Assembly (NCBI GenBank): GCA_965287045.1
Contig: OZ336882.1
Coordinates: 73,780,001-73,844,000 of the forward strand
Reading direction: 5' to 3'
From: Carcharhinus amblyrhynchos
Lineage: Eukaryota
DNA length: 64,000 nt
In this document: positions 63,127 to 64,000 of the stretch, in pieces
Layout: the number at the start of each line of letters is the position of its first letter
How positions within the stretch are numbered: the stretch's first letter is position 1
The notes under the pieces: generated by a model
What the model saw: the letters and a program-made list of their open reading frames with translations, nothing else
Databases searched by the model: none
What the model was told of the DNA's origin: nothing
Position numbers and translations under genes: made by a program

Positions 63127-64000
63127 TTTGTATTGAAGACAGAGAGATTGTATCATAAAGATTTTTTAAACTCTTTTTGCTATTCATTTAGAACAGTGAA
63201 TCTTTTTGTTATTGACCCATTTAAAGTGTAATTTTATTTTCATGATTAGAGATAAGTATTATTTAATATGTGTAAATGAACAAATGAATATTCCACTGCC
63301 TCTACTCACTGCAGTTAGAGCAGAATAAAAGGTGCATAAATAATTAAGTATAAATACCTACTTATCATTGGGGCAAGGAAGCTCATGTTAGTGCTGTCCT
63401 ATTAGTTTTGTTCCAGAAATTTCAGTGTAGCACTTCACTCTTTGTCATCCCTATCAATTATACACAACCTCCACTCTCACAATATATATCCTGTCCTATT
63501 TCCACTGTCTTCATCTTGACAAAGGGTTATGCTGATTCAAACTACTGGCTCTATTCTCTCTCTACAGATTCTGTCAGATTTGCTATTTTGTTTCACATTC
63601 CACCAGTATTTTGTCTTTACCTAAGGAATGGTTGGAGATACTGCAGTTGATCTCTTGGGTCCAAAGGGGAATAAGGGGATATCAGACAACGTCAGATTTA
63701 AGTAAGGTAGAGAAAGGAAAGTGTTATTTAGTCAGTAATTAAGAAAATGAACATTCAAATTTAAGATTGCAATACAGTCTAAGCATCTTCAGTGAAAATA
63801 CATAATTTTCTCCATTATTCCTTCTTCATCTCATCAAAGTCATTACAGAAGAGAAGACCATTTGTCCCATCGATTCTATTCCATCACGCTGCTGGAATAA
63901 GGGAGGCACTGGGACCCATTCAGTTCCAGTGCCTCACTAAAATCCCCATTGCTCTGCAACTTTATGTTTCACAGGTTTTCTTCGTTTTGAAATCATTCAT

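Overview
Repeat-rich vertebrate DNA, most likely a shark or other cartilaginous fish (HE1-type V-SINEs, SacSINE1-like SINEs, abundant CR1 LINEs, Penelope-like remnants). The only host genes I can support form a cluster of four paralogous rhodopsin-class 7TM receptors resembling GPR139/GPR142. Three are intact two-exon genes: 9024-10156 (-), 20686-22071 (+) and 35110-38864 (+), each with a phase-1 intron in TM1. The fourth is a 5'-truncated, frameshifted pseudogene at 54667-55509 (-). All three intact genes carry the same compact upstream module: a TAATGA homeodomain site, an O/E (EBF)-like site and TATAAA. This is the promoter grammar of vertebrate odorant receptor genes, so the cluster may be a chemosensory receptor family (inference). 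A second highlight is a set of short fold-back Penelope-derived insertions; the two best-preserved have 13-bp TSDs and minimal hammerhead ribozyme motifs in both arms. The rest is nested CR1, L2, Tx1, Gypsy and Harbinger debris, a solo LTR and a tRNA-Gly pseudogene. Repeat family names come from visual recognition, and boundaries of old repeats are approximate.
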